64,000 bases of DNA from an uncultured Oscillibacter sp. (GCF_910584465.1 NZ_CAJUBK010000001.1:116852-180851); one strand, 5' to 3'. Positions 29,942 to 40,030 are shown, numbered from the stretch's first letter. Numbers and translations: made by a program. Notes: generated from the sequence alone by a model not told the origin.

Positions 29942-30114
29942 CTGACCGGGGCGGAACAGCCTATTGGTGTAGCGTCCTCTGGCAGAGGCACAACCTCCGC
30001 CCGGAGGAGTTCTATGCTATGCCAAGGCCGCTACAGCTCTTTTATATCGCCTCCGAATTAGTGGAGGATTCCAACCCGGTCAGGCATGACACAATTCGCA
30101 TCAAGAGAAAATGA
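29929..30114 (+). other. -1 ribosomal frameshift site and G-T type chaperone extension
   Basis: Slippery heptamer A AAA AAC at 29929-29935; -1 frame is open to TGA at 30114 (LITDRGGTAYWCSVLWQRHNLRPEEFYAMP...). Confidence 0.75.
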
Positions 30115-30138
30115 CAGGCACAAAATCAGCAGAAAGGA

Positions 30139-30798
30139 TTGATATATGTGTTGGTAGAAATCAAGAAGTTTGGACACGAGGAACGGGCCATCTGCACCAG
30201 CCTGGACGTGGCGGAGACATTCGGGAAGGAACACAAGCACGTTCTGCGCGACATTCGGGAATTGGGGTGTAGTGCAGGGTTTAATCAGTCCAATTTTGGG
30301 CCGATCTCCTACACAGACAGCATGAACCGGCAGCAGGAAGCTATTGTCATGACCCGCGACGGCTTCACCCTCCTGGTGATGGGATATACTGGCGAACTGG
30401 CCATGAAGTTCAAAGAGGCGTACATCAAGCAGTTCAACGCCATGGAGGCGGCGCTGAGAGGAAAACTGATTGAGCGGGAAAAGGGTATCGCCGTCCGGCA
30501 AGCGCTGACGAAAGCCCTCCAGCAGTCCAACGAGGATGCCAGAATGCACGGTCATGCGTACTCGACCTATACCAACTGCATCTACAAAGCTCTGTTTGAT
30601 ATGAATGCTAACCAGCTTCGGGAAAAGTTCGGCATAAGCAAGAAGGAAAATTTGCGGGACTGCTTCACACAGGAGGAGATGCGGGCAGTGCAGTCAATGG
30701 AGTGCCTTGTCAGCGGGCTTGTAGACTGCGGGTGGGATTATCATCAGATAAAGACGTTCATCCAGCAGAACAACACGCAGAGGATACTCGCGGCTTAA
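30139..30798 (+). CDS. Rha family phage regulatory protein
   Basis: TSLDVAETFGKEHKHVLRDI, MTRDGFTLLVMGYTG, FKEAYIKQFNAME. Confidence 0.9.
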   Translation: MIYVLVEIKKFGHEERAICTSLDVAETFGKEHKHVLRDIRELGCSAGFNQSNFGPISYTDSMNRQQEAIVMTRDGFTLLVMGYTGELAMKFKEAYIKQFNAMEAALRGKLIEREKGIAVRQALTKALQQSNEDARMHGHAYSTYTNCIYKALFDMNANQLREKFGISKKENLRDCFTQEEMRAVQSMECLVSGLVDCGWDYHQIKTFIQQNNTQRILAA

Positions 30799-30861
30799 AA
30801 GATTGCCGCAACCCCATCCGGCGTGACACGATACGGATAAAAAAATAGGTTAGAAAAAAAC

Positions 30862-30908
30862 TTGACTTTTTGCCTTTCACAAAATATAATAAATGCAAGG
30901 CAAAAAGT
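30862..30908 (+). promoter_or_regulatory. Sigma-A promoter with 12-bp inverted-repeat operator
   Basis: TTGACT-17 bp-TATAAT; ACTTTTTGCCTT (30865-30876) and AAGGCAAAAAGT (30897-30908). Confidence 0.8.
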
Positions 30909-30919
30909 GAGGTGATGAA

Positions 30920-31093
30920 ATGAGCCCACGCACAGGTCGTCCAAAAGTAGATAATCCCAAAGGAATTAACCTTACCATCCGCCTTGACCCGGAGACGGAC
31001 AAGAATCTTTTGGCATATTGCATTCAGCATGATATGTCAAAAGGAGAAGCAATTCGGAAAGGAATCCATCTGCTTTTGGCACAAGAAAAATAA
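30920..31093 (+). CDS. Ribbon-helix-helix (CopG-like) regulator, 57 aa, not in ORF track
   Basis: MSPRTGRPKVDNPKGINLTIRLD...SKGEAIRKGI; RBS GAGGTG. Confidence 0.75.
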   Translation: MSPRTGRPKVDNPKGINLTIRLDPETDKNLLAYCIQHDMSKGEAIRKGIHLLLAQEK

Positions 31094-31214
31094 GAGTTTC
31101 GCCCCCTCCACCACGAGAAAAGCGAAACCCTTACTCAACCAAACCGCAAAGGGCTTGATAAATCCATTATATCAGGCTTTCTGTGGTACGTCAACAGAAA
31201 AGGAGAGCTATATA

Positions 31215-31433
31215 ATGGATTTTAGGGCAATTTTTGATTTCTACGAGGAGCGGATTCCTCAAATCTCGGAAGTTACCACAGCGGAGGAAAACGCCCGGAA
31301 GATTTACGACAAAATCGCGGCCTACAACACGGAGTTGGCCGACAGCGTAGACACGATTATCGGTGCCCTCGCAAGAGCATACGAGGCGCAGGGCTTCAAC
31401 GGCGGGCTGGCAGTAGCCAGAGGTACGCTATGA
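31215..31433 (+). CDS. Small helical hypothetical protein
   Basis: RBS AAGGAG; AYE.QGF motif resembles 57947..58267. Confidence 0.6.
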   Translation: MDFRAIFDFYEERIPQISEVTTAEENARKIYDKIAAYNTELADSVDTIIGALARAYEAQGFNGGLAVARGTL

Positions 31434-31596
31434 TTTGCCCGGTGTGCGGCAAAAAGTATTCGTTCTTCGGCAGCGCGGGGGGGGGGTATATTGCTCCCCC
31501 GCCTGCGCGGAGGCCGCGCAGAAAGAGCTTGAGGAGCTGTTGCAAAGCATGATGAAAGAGGAGGACGAAGATTCCGAGGAGGGACACGACGATTAA
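31430..31596 (+). pseudogene. Small zinc-finger gene frameshifted at a G10 tract
   Basis: MICPVCGKKY in one frame and VYCSPACAEAA... in another, joined if the tract is G8 or G11. Confidence 0.55.
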
Positions 31597-31731
31597 AGAG
31601 TTCCAGCCGGGGTAGAAACCCGGCTGAAACTTTACCTTGCTGATTATCGGGACATTCTCTAAAAACTATTGCAAAAGTATAGTTGATATCGGATAATAGA
31701 ATTGCATTTTAATTTTATGGAGGTGCCAACC

Positions 31732-32493
31732 GTGCAACAATTAACCCCGGAGGAAATACGATTCCTTTATAAAACAAACGGGCATCGAGTGGACGATACA
31801 GCATACATCAAAACAAACGGAGGTGTAGTTGAAAAGCTGACATCCTGTGGCTATCTTATAATAGGCACCAAAACACAGAGCCTTTCCTGCTCTGACATTA
31901 GCATAATCCGCAAATTACTGAAAGACAAAGGGCTGAAAGCGGGAGGGAAAAAAGTAGACCTTGTTCAGCGCATTCTTCAAAGCTATTCTGCAAGCGAACT
32001 TGAAAACGCAGACATCCCCAAAAGGTTCGTATTAACCGTCTCTGGTGAGCAGGTTATAAACGAAAACAGTGCGCTTCTATACTACTTTGACGCTTTTGGA
32101 GCAACAAATATCCTTGAGCCGGAGCAAATTATTAGCGCACAAAATTTGCACCATTCCGAAAATAAACTTGATATTTTAATCGCGCTATTTAAAGAAAGGG
32201 CCGCAACAGAAAACGATACAGGAAAGAAAAGGGCAATAACGGAACATCTTAGACGGCTCTATTCGTTAAATCACGATGATGCTCTTGCGAGAGAAGCTGA
32301 GCTTGAGGTTGAAAGACTTGATAAACTGTGGGAGGAAGAAAGAGAACAAGAAGTGAGAAAACTTGATTCTGTCCTTGGAATATCATCAGAGGAAAGAAGA
32401 AGGTTAGCACAAAAAGCTATAGAAGAAATGGGAGACGAATGGGAAAAAGAGCTTGACGCAAAAAACCGGGCAAAGGCCGGAATTGAATATTGA
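31732..32493 (+). CDS. Low-GC moron: SAP-domain protein with a MuF-like C-terminal peptide
   Basis: IRKLLKDKGLKAGGKKVDLVQRI is SAP-like; AT-rich; RBS GGAGG with GTG; upstream TTGCAA-17-GATAAT. Confidence 0.7.
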   Translation: MQQLTPEEIRFLYKTNGHRVDDTAYIKTNGGVVEKLTSCGYLIIGTKTQSLSCSDISIIRKLLKDKGLKAGGKKVDLVQRILQSYSASELENADIPKRFVLTVSGEQVINENSALLYYFDAFGATNILEPEQIISAQNLHHSENKLDILIALFKERAATENDTGKKRAITEHLRRLYSLNHDDALAREAELEVERLDKLWEEEREQEVRKLDSVLGISSEERRRLAQKAIEEMGDEWEKELDAKNRAKAGIEY

Positions 32494-32501
32494 ATGACGA
32501 G

Positions 32502-32535
32502 AAAAGGGCCTCGCGGCTATGCGAGGCCCTTTTTT
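32502..32535 (+). terminator. Intrinsic terminator after the moron
   Basis: AAAAGGGCCTCGC-GGCTAT-GCGAGGCCCTTTTTT. Confidence 0.8.
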
Positions 32536-32564
32536 GTTGCCAAAATCAGAGAGGAGGTAGAGCA

Positions 32565-35500
32565 TTGGAAAACTTAACCGCAAGATTTAGTGTTCTGGAC
32601 GAAATGAGTGCAGCCATTGAACGAATAGCCCAAAGCGGACAGGAAATGGCCGGGCGGATAGAGCGGGCGGGTGCCGCTGTTGACAGTTCCTTTGTCAATG
32701 TTTCGTTGCGGATTGCGTCGGTATCACGGACGATAGACGGCGTAGCCACCTCCATCGACGAAGCGGAGCAGGCCCAAGCAGACCTGACGGCGGCTATGGA
32801 CAAAGCCTCGCAGACGATGGAGGAACTGGCCGAAAACGATAAAGTCTCCGCAGAGACCAAAGAGGAGCTGGCAAGGGCAAGCGAGGCCGCAGAGGAGGCC
32901 ATGAACAGCCTAACCGCAGCACAGGAGCGGGCGCAGCAAGCCATGGATGAATACGATCAACTTCTCGCCTCTGGTTGCGGCGACCTCGACGAGCTTGAGG
33001 AGGCGGCCCAAAATGCGGCGGACGCTGCGAGGGAGCTGGACGAGGCGAACAGGAGGGCCGCAAATGCTACAGACGAGCTTGCAGATGCCACAGAAAGGGC
33101 AGCGGATGAAGCAGAAAACGGCGGTAAAAAAGGAACAGAGGCGTTGGAACAGCTTTCCTCTGCGCTGACATCATTAGGGATAGTCAAGACGGTAGAGCAA
33201 CTGGCAGACGCTTTTATGGAAGCGTCCGATGCAGCCGCAGAGTTCCAGCTCGGCGTAATGAAAATATCCACTATCGCCGACACCACGCAGGTCTCCCTCT
33301 CCACCATTTCCAGCGACCTTATGGCCCTCTCCATGGAGACGGGCGACAGCGTGAACGAGCTGGCAGAGGCCACATACTCCGCGATCTCCGCGAGCGTGGA
33401 AACAGCATCTGCCGTCGAGTTTACCGCCACGGCGACCAAGCTAGCCGCAGGCGGTTTCACCAGCTCCGCAACGGCGGTGGACGTACTCACGACGGCCCTC
33501 AATGCCTATGGGCTGGAAGCGAGCTATGCGGAGAACATTGCCGATATGCTCATTACCACCCAAAACCTCGGCAAAACCACCGTGGACGAGCTGGCTGCTT
33601 CTGTCGGTAAAGTTATCCCCCTTGCCTCGGCCTACGGCGTGGAAATGGATAACCTTTCGGCAGCCTACGCGGAGCTGACCAAGGGCGGCATTGCCACGGC
33701 GGAGGCCGGGACGTACCTCAAGTCCATGCTGAATGAGCTGGGAGACAGCGGCAGCACCGTCTCCACCGTCCTGATGGAGGAGACGGGCAGCTCGTTCTCC
33801 GAGCTGATGGACATGGGCTATTCGCTGGGCGACGTGATGGACGTTCTTGGTACAAGCGTAGGCGGGAGCGCGGGCGCGTTCAACGAATTGTGGAGCAGTT
33901 CGGAGGCCGGAATCGGCGCTCTGTCCCTCTACAACGCCGGGGCGGAGCAGTTCAACACTACCCTTGACGCTATGCAGACCTCCGCAGGGGCCACGGCAGC
34001 GGCCTACGAGACCATGAACAACACCACGGCGGACGCAGCGGAGGACTTGTCCAACGCGGCGGCCAACCTGCAAATCTCCATCGGCCAGCAGATCAACCCG
34101 CTCATTGAAAAGCTCTACGGGCTTGGGACGGATATGCTGAATTTCATGACGGAGTTCACGCAGGAGCACCCCGGCGTGGTCAAGGCAGTTACAGCGATTA
34201 CGATTGGACTTGGTGCTGTTGCGGTAGCTATTGCCGCTGTTGGTGCCGCCTCCGTTGCCCTTCAAACAGCAATCCCGGCGATCATATCTTTCGGGACGGC
34301 AGTAAACGCGGCTCTTGGCCCAATCGGTTGGGTAGCCATCGGAATTACAGCGCTCACCGCAGCGGTCGCGGCCTTTATCGCCATGAACGAGGAGAATTTG
34401 GGCGAGACCGAGGGAATGACGGCAGCAACCCGCGCCCAGTATTATGAGCTGCAAGACCTCAACGCGGAGTACGAGAAAGCCTGTGAGCAGTACGGGGAGA
34501 CCTCCGAGGAGGCCAGCAGGCTCAAGTATCAGGTGGACGACCTCTCGGCGGCATTTGAGGCCAACAGGCAGACCGTGGAGGAGTTCACCGCAGAGGTGGA
34601 CGCGCTCTGTGAGAGCGTCCGTTCTGTATCGGCTGACTTCAACAGCGCCCTCGCCGATATAAATGCCAATGAAGTCGGGGCCATGTCTCTTATCCAGAAA
34701 TACGACGACCTGGCTTCTAAGGCGGACAGAACGGCAGCAGAGGAGGAGGCCCTGCAAGCCATCAACAAACAACTCGCAGCTTCCTACCCCGAAATTGCCG
34801 ACAAGATGAATACCGCCTCTATGAGTACGGAGGACTATGTTGAGGCTATGAAGCGGGCCTGTGAACAGGAGGCGGAGTTACAACGCCGACAGCAGGCGCA
34901 GGATACTTGGATAGAGGCAACAAAGAAGCATGATGCCCTTCAAGCGGAAATAGACAAAACAAAGGAACTTATAGACCTTGAGCAGCAGCGCATGGACGAC
35001 ATGAGCGGCTGGGATCACTTTTGGACTGGCGGCGAGTGGGACGACCTTGAGGCATACCAAGCGGCCCTTGAGGAGCTTGAAGCAGCCATGGCCGAGAACG
35101 ACGCGACCATTGCGGAAATCGAGCAGGGCTGGGAAGACCTCGCGGAGGCGGAGGCAGAGGCGGCGGAGGCCACCGTCAGCTATGAGGACGCGGTAAACAC
35201 GGCCCTATCCTCGGTACAGGCGGATATAGACGCGCTGTGCGAAGCCTACGACGCAGCCTATGAGAGCGCCCGGAGCAGCATTGACGGACAAATCGGCCTG
35301 TTCGATACCATGGCGACGGAGACGGAGCTTAGTATCACGGATATGCAGGCGGCTTTTGACAGCCAAATTGAGTATCTGAACACCTACTCCGAGAACCTGC
35401 GCAAGGCGGCGGAGTACGGCCTTGATGAAGGGCTGGTTGCCTCCCTGTCTGACGGCAGCGAGGAGAGTGCTGGCTACCTCAATGCGATCATCGAGAATAT

Positions 35501-36332
35501 CGAGGCGCTGGGGGATAGCAGCGCGGAGGCACAAGCGTTCGTGGACGACTTCAATTCCTCCTTCCAAGAGGTCGAGGACGCAAAGGACGAGTTCGCCACC
35601 ACCGTCGCCACAATGGAGACCGACTTCAACGAGAAGATGGCCGAAATCGAGGGGCGGCTGGACGAGGCCATTGACAATATGAACATGGAGACGGACGCAG
35701 CAGCGGCAGCCAAGCAGACGATGGAGGCATACACGCAGGCCATCCGGGACGGCACCTCTAACGCCGTCAGCGCGGCGGAATCGGCGGCCAGCGCTGTTTC
35801 TGCGGCTCTAAGTAGCTCCCCCAGCGGCGGGAACGTCACCACAGTCACAGGCCACGCCAACGGCACCACATACGCAGAGGACGCTTTTATCGCTGGCGAG
35901 GATGGGCCGGAGCTTATTCTCGGCAAGGCTGGCAGCACCGTTTTCCCCGCCGACGAGACAGACCGCATCATTGACGCTGTTACCTCAGACGGGGGAGGCG
36001 GCGAGCCTGCCGTCAGCAGGGCGAGCAGCGGTCTATACTCCACAGATGAAGCGGAGCGCATCTTCGGCGCGTTCACCACCAACAACGACAACCGCACAAC
36101 CAGCTACACCCTCACGCCCCCGGCTGCTGAATCCGGGAATGAAGGGGGAGGGGAGCAGACCAAGCACATCACCCTTGAAATCGCAGGCGGCTCCCCCATC
36201 GAGGTCAACGGCGGCGGAGGAACCAGCAAGGAGGAGATCGTGGAAATCCTCGTGTCGAATCTCCGCCCGGCGCTGCTAAACCTCGTCAAGGACGAAATCT
36301 TCGAGGAAGGGGATGGCAGCTATGAACACTAA
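32565..36332 (+). CDS. Tail tape measure protein (TP901-like core)
   Basis: Long Ala/Glu-rich helical protein, TQNLGKTTVDEL core, hydrophobic segment, GHANGT..AGEDGPEL; RBS GAGGAGG with TTG at 32565. Confidence 0.92.
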   Translation: MENLTARFSVLDEMSAAIERIAQSGQEMAGRIERAGAAVDSSFVNVSLRIASVSRTIDGVATSIDEAEQAQADLTAAMDKASQTMEELAENDKVSAETKEELARASEAAEEAMNSLTAAQERAQQAMDEYDQLLASGCGDLDELEEAAQNAADAARELDEANRRAANATDELADATERAADEAENGGKKGTEALEQLSSALTSLGIVKTVEQLADAFMEASDAAAEFQLGVMKISTIADTTQVSLSTISSDLMALSMETGDSVNELAEATYSAISASVETASAVEFTATATKLAAGGFTSSATAVDVLTTALNAYGLEASYAENIADMLITTQNLGKTTVDELAASVGKVIPLASAYGVEMDNLSAAYAELTKGGIATAEAGTYLKSMLNELGDSGSTVSTVLMEETGSSFSELMDMGYSLGDVMDVLGTSVGGSAGAFNELWSSSEAGIGALSLYNAGAEQFNTTLDAMQTSAGATAAAYETMNNTTADAAEDLSNAAANLQISIGQQINPLIEKLYGLGTDMLNFMTEFTQEHPGVVKAVTAITIGLGAVAVAIAAVGAASVALQTAIPAIISFGTAVNAALGPIGWVAIGITALTAAVAAFIAMNEENLGETEGMTAATRAQYYELQDLNAEYEKACEQYGETSEEASRLKYQVDDLSAAFEANRQTVEEFTAEVDALCESVRSVSADFNSALADINANEVGAMSLIQKYDDLASKADRTAAEEEALQAINKQLAASYPEIADKMNTASMSTEDYVEAMKRACEQEAELQRRQQAQDTWIEATKKHDALQAEIDKTKELIDLEQQRMDDMSGWDHFWTGGEWDDLEAYQAALEELEAAMAENDATIAEIEQGWEDLAEAEAEAAEATVSYEDAVNTALSSVQADIDALCEAYDAAYESARSSIDGQIGLFDTMATETELSITDMQAAFDSQIEYLNTYSENLRKAAEYGLDEGLVASLSDGSEESAGYLNAIIENIEALGDSSAEAQAFVDDFNSSFQEVEDAKDEFATTVATMETDFNEKMAEIEGRLDEAIDNMNMETDAAAAAKQTMEAYTQAIRDGTSNAVSAAESAASAVSAALSSSPSGGNVTTVTGHANGTTYAEDAFIAGEDGPELILGKAGSTVFPADETDRIIDAVTSDGGGGEPAVSRASSGLYSTDEAERIFGAFTTNNDNRTTSYTLTPPAAESGNEGGGEQTKHITLEIAGGSPIEVNGGGGTSKEEIVEILVSNLRPALLNLVKDEIFEEGDGSYEH

Positions 36333-36978
36333 CTACCAGATGTGGATAACGGGGAACGCAGAGCAAGAGAAGCTGCAAATCCCCGTCCTGCCCCAAAAGT
36401 TCAGCGTCTCTATCGGCAGCAAGAACACCTCCGTTGACGTGACCGGGCTGGGCGAGATCACCATTAAGCAGTCTCGCCCGGCCTACCAGTTCTCTTTCAG
36501 CAGCTTCTTCCCGCGCACCAATTTCCCCGGCATTGAGAACGTGCCGCTCACCGACCCGCAGCAATGCGTGGAGCGGATAAACGGGTGGATTGACAGCAAG
36601 AAGCCCGTCCACATCATCATAACCGGGGCCGGGATAAACGAATACTGCACAATCGAGAAATTCAACCACTACGAGGAGGGCGGGGACGTAGGCACTATCC
36701 ATTATGACCTCACCCTCAAGGAGTACAGAGAGGTCACCGTCCGGCAGGTCTCGGTGGCGGGCAGCACGGCCACAGTGCAGCCCGCAGAGACCCGCGTAGA
36801 CAACACCACCACCCCGAAAACCTACACGGTCAAGAAGGGCGACTGCCTATGGAATATCGCCAAGTCCCTTTACGGCAGCGGCGCGGACTACACCAAAATC
36901 TACGACGCGAATAAGGGGACGGTAGGGAGCAACCCGAACAGGATATACCCCGGACAGGTTTTAACCATACCAGAATAG
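36313..36978 (+). CDS. LysM-domain tail tube initiator (XkdP-like)
   Basis: IPVLP, SSFFP, LKEYR, YTVKKGDCLWNIAK...IYPGQVLTIP. Confidence 0.88.
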   Translation: MAAMNTNYQMWITGNAEQEKLQIPVLPQKFSVSIGSKNTSVDVTGLGEITIKQSRPAYQFSFSSFFPRTNFPGIENVPLTDPQQCVERINGWIDSKKPVHIIITGAGINEYCTIEKFNHYEEGGDVGTIHYDLTLKEYREVTVRQVSVAGSTATVQPAETRVDNTTTPKTYTVKKGDCLWNIAKSLYGSGADYTKIYDANKGTVGSNPNRIYPGQVLTIPE

Positions 36979-36991
36979 GAGGCGAGCAGCT

Positions 36992-37981
36992 ATGGGACAG
37001 GGCATCAGCCTCACGGTCTACAAGAACGGCGGAGGCGGAGGGCTGGACATCACGCAGCTCGTCCAAAGCATCACATGGGCCGGGCGCAGAGGCAGCCCGG
37101 CCCGCACCCTTTCCGTCAGCCTCCTCGACGACGACGGCTACTGGCATGAGCGCAGCGGTATCGACGTGGAGGACGGCTGGCAATGCCTTTTCCGCTATGA
37201 CGGGGAGGAGCTTTTTCGCGGCACCTTTATGAACCAATCCGCCAGCCAAAGCAAGACCCTCACCCTCAAGGCATACGACAACGGCATTTACTTGAGCAAC
37301 AACCGGGACACCTTCGTATATGAGAGCAAGACTGCCGACGCAGTTTTCCGGGACGTTTGCAACCGCTTCGGGCTTCCGACCGGGGACGTGGCGGGCTGTA
37401 GCTACACCATCCCCGACCTCACCAAAAAGAAGACCACGGGCTGGGACGCTATCGCGGACGCATTGAGCCTTGAGTTCGACAACACGGGGACGCGCTTTTT
37501 CGTCGTCAGCGACAAAGGCTCCCTCTGTCTGCGCAAGCGGCAGGAGAACATACTCCAATGGGTACTGGAAACCGGGGCCAACGTCTCCAAGTACAAGTAC
37601 ACCAAGTCCATCGAGAACGTCCGTACCCGCATAAAGCTGTTGAGCAGCGAGGGGACGGTGCTGGCGCAGGCCAGCGACCCGGCTCTTGAGCAGAAAATCG
37701 GCATTATGCAGGAGGTGGACACCCCGGACGAATCCCTCAACAGCGCTCAAATCAACGCACTGGCGAAGTCCATGCTACAGGAAAAGAAGACACCGCAGCG
37801 CACCCTCTCCCTCAATAACCTGCTGGGAATACCAGACGTTATTGCAGGCGTGGGGGTGTTTATCATTATCCCACATATCGCCATCAACAGGACGCTCTAC
37901 GTGGATTCAGACAGCCACACCTTCAAAGATAACCTACACACCATGTCGCTCGACCTATCGTGGGCGGCGGATATTGCATAA
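36992..37981 (+). CDS. Baseplate hub protein (XkdQ-like)
   Basis: DIT.LV.SITW.G, AYDNGIYL, H.MSLDL; synteny. Confidence 0.8.
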   Translation: MGQGISLTVYKNGGGGGLDITQLVQSITWAGRRGSPARTLSVSLLDDDGYWHERSGIDVEDGWQCLFRYDGEELFRGTFMNQSASQSKTLTLKAYDNGIYLSNNRDTFVYESKTADAVFRDVCNRFGLPTGDVAGCSYTIPDLTKKKTTGWDAIADALSLEFDNTGTRFFVVSDKGSLCLRKRQENILQWVLETGANVSKYKYTKSIENVRTRIKLLSSEGTVLAQASDPALEQKIGIMQEVDTPDESLNSAQINALAKSMLQEKKTPQRTLSLNNLLGIPDVIAGVGVFIIIPHIAINRTLYVDSDSHTFKDNLHTMSLDLSWAADIA

Positions 37982-37995
37982 GGGGAGGTGATTAT

Positions 37996-38430
37996 GTGGC
38001 GGAGACCAACAGCAGCGGCAACGAAACCAGCCTCAAGCAGCTTTTCCAAAGCATGATACCAGACGGCGACGAGCTTATGGAGGGGACGGTCATTCAGACC
38101 GGGCCGCTCAAAATCCAAATGACCAACGACGAAAAGCTCATTATCAACGAGCGCATCACCATCGTCCCGTGGCACCTCACCGACTACAAGACCCGCGCCA
38201 CCTACCGCAAGATGGACGGCACACTGGATAGCTGGACGAAAAACGACGGCTCCCACGCCGACCCCATCGGCGGAACGCACGTCCACCACGGGGAGGACTT
38301 CAACCTCTACAAGGGCATCATCGTCGTCCACAACGCCCTCCGCGTGGGCGACAAGCTCCATATCCTCGCCCTCAACCACGGGAAGCTCTACTATGTCCTC
38401 GACCGCGTGGCCGGGCAGGAGGTGATTTAG
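37996..38430 (+). CDS. XkdR/DUF2577-like baseplate spike protein
   Basis: GTVIQTGPLKI, HNALRVGD, YYVLDRV. Confidence 0.78.
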   Translation: MAETNSSGNETSLKQLFQSMIPDGDELMEGTVIQTGPLKIQMTNDEKLIINERITIVPWHLTDYKTRATYRKMDGTLDSWTKNDGSHADPIGGTHVHHGEDFNLYKGIIVVHNALRVGDKLHILALNHGKLYYVLDRVAGQEVI

Positions 38431-38900
38431 TGAAGGAGAGCGTATATATCCCCCTCCTCGTAACAAAGGTTGAGGAAGCAGCAGAACCGCCCTCCAAGAC
38501 CTACCGCCTCGACTTGGAGGAGGGGCGCATACTCGGCATGGTAGACGGCCAAGAGGCCGTCCGGCAGGCCATCCACAAGGCGATCATCACCCCGCGCTGG
38601 AAGTGCCTGATATACGACAATCAGTACGGGAGCGAGATAGAAGCGGCGGTTATTCAGAGCCAAGGACGCGCCTCTCACGATTACATAGAGGCGGTCGTCC
38701 CTGGCTTTGTCAGGGACGCGCTGCGCCCGGACAGGCGCATCACGCTCGTCTACAACTTCGTCTTCGCGTTCACGCCGGAGGACAAGGCGCAGCTATTCCC
38801 CGACCTCTTTGAGGCCGTAGGAGACGACGGGGACGCGGTTTTCGTTTCCTTCGACGCGGACACCATTTACGGCACAGTACAGGTGAAGGAGGTGATTTGA
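38430..38900 (+). CDS. XkdS/DUF2634-like baseplate protein
   Basis: DGQEAVRQAI.K...TPR...IY...YGSE, TIYG. Confidence 0.8.
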   Translation: MKESVYIPLLVTKVEEAAEPPSKTYRLDLEEGRILGMVDGQEAVRQAIHKAIITPRWKCLIYDNQYGSEIEAAVIQSQGRASHDYIEAVVPGFVRDALRPDRRITLVYNFVFAFTPEDKAQLFPDLFEAVGDDGDAVFVSFDADTIYGTVQVKEVI

Positions 38901-40030
38901 TGTTTGAGGACAGAACCGAAAAAAAGCTGATGGAAGAAGTTCTTGCCATGGCCCCGGAGGGCATCGACACCCGGCAGGGCAGCATCTTCTTCGACGCAGT
39001 ATCGGCGACGGTCAATAAGATAGCCAAGCTCTACACCGACCTCGACCGGGTATTTGAGACGGTCTTTATCGTCACAGCCCACGACGAATACCTCGACCTG
39101 CGGGCGGCGGAGTACGGCATGAGCCGGAACGCAGCCACCAGCGCAAAGTACCTCTTTGTCTACACGGGCACCCGCCCGGCGGTCGGCTGGCGGTTTTTCC
39201 ACAATGACAGCGGTTACTACTTCACCCTCTGCGAGGACGAGGACGGGAGCCTCTACCTTGAGGCGGAGACACCGGGGACGGAATGCAACTACATCCAGAA
39301 CGGGGATATTGCCGTCCCCTGCGACACAGTTCAAGGCATGACCTCGGCCAGCTTCGGCCCGATCTACGGGGAGGGCTACGGCACCGACACAGAGGACGAC
39401 GAACACCTCCGCGCCCGCATTTTCGAGAAGATAGCAGGCCCGGCGGAGAACGGCAACCGACAGCACTACAAAACGTGGTGCGAGAGCATCGACGGCGTGG
39501 GCCGGGCCATCATTTTCCCCCTCTGGTACGGGCAGAACACCGTCAAGGCGGTGCTTATCAGTCCCGACGGCCTCCCCGTGGCGGATAGCGTGGTGGAGGA
39601 GACGCAGCGGTACATTGACCCGGCAGACGAGGGCATGACCGTTGAGGTGGACGGGAAAACCTACGTCTTCGGCGACGGCAGAGGCAACGGGCAGGCGAAC
39701 ATCGGTGCGCACTTTACCGCAGTTGCGGCCACAGCCCTCCGCGTCAACCTCTCCTTCACGGCGGAGCTTTCGGCCAGCCAAACGGCGGAGAACGTGCAGC
39801 AGGCCGTCACAGAGGCCATCACAGCATACCTCAAGGGCCTCGTGCTGGACGCAGCGGACGGCACCACGATCATCGTCCGTATCAGCGCCGTCGGCGCTAT
39901 CCTCGCGGGCCTCACCACATACCTCGTTGACTATGCCGACCTCACCATAAACGGGGAGGAGGGCAATATCCGGCTGGCGGCGGACGAGGTGCCTGTGCTG
40001 GGGGAGGTGAGCGTCAATGTCCTATCTTAA
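38897..40030 (+). CDS. Baseplate J-like wedge protein (XkdT-like)
   Basis: DTRQGSIFFD, YLDLRA, EDDE.LRAR, GN..HY..W. Confidence 0.88.
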   Translation: MMFEDRTEKKLMEEVLAMAPEGIDTRQGSIFFDAVSATVNKIAKLYTDLDRVFETVFIVTAHDEYLDLRAAEYGMSRNAATSAKYLFVYTGTRPAVGWRFFHNDSGYYFTLCEDEDGSLYLEAETPGTECNYIQNGDIAVPCDTVQGMTSASFGPIYGEGYGTDTEDDEHLRARIFEKIAGPAENGNRQHYKTWCESIDGVGRAIIFPLWYGQNTVKAVLISPDGLPVADSVVEETQRYIDPADEGMTVEVDGKTYVFGDGRGNGQANIGAHFTAVAATALRVNLSFTAELSASQTAENVQQAVTEAITAYLKGLVLDAADGTTIIVRISAVGAILAGLTTYLVDYADLTINGEEGNIRLAADEVPVLGEVSVNVLS

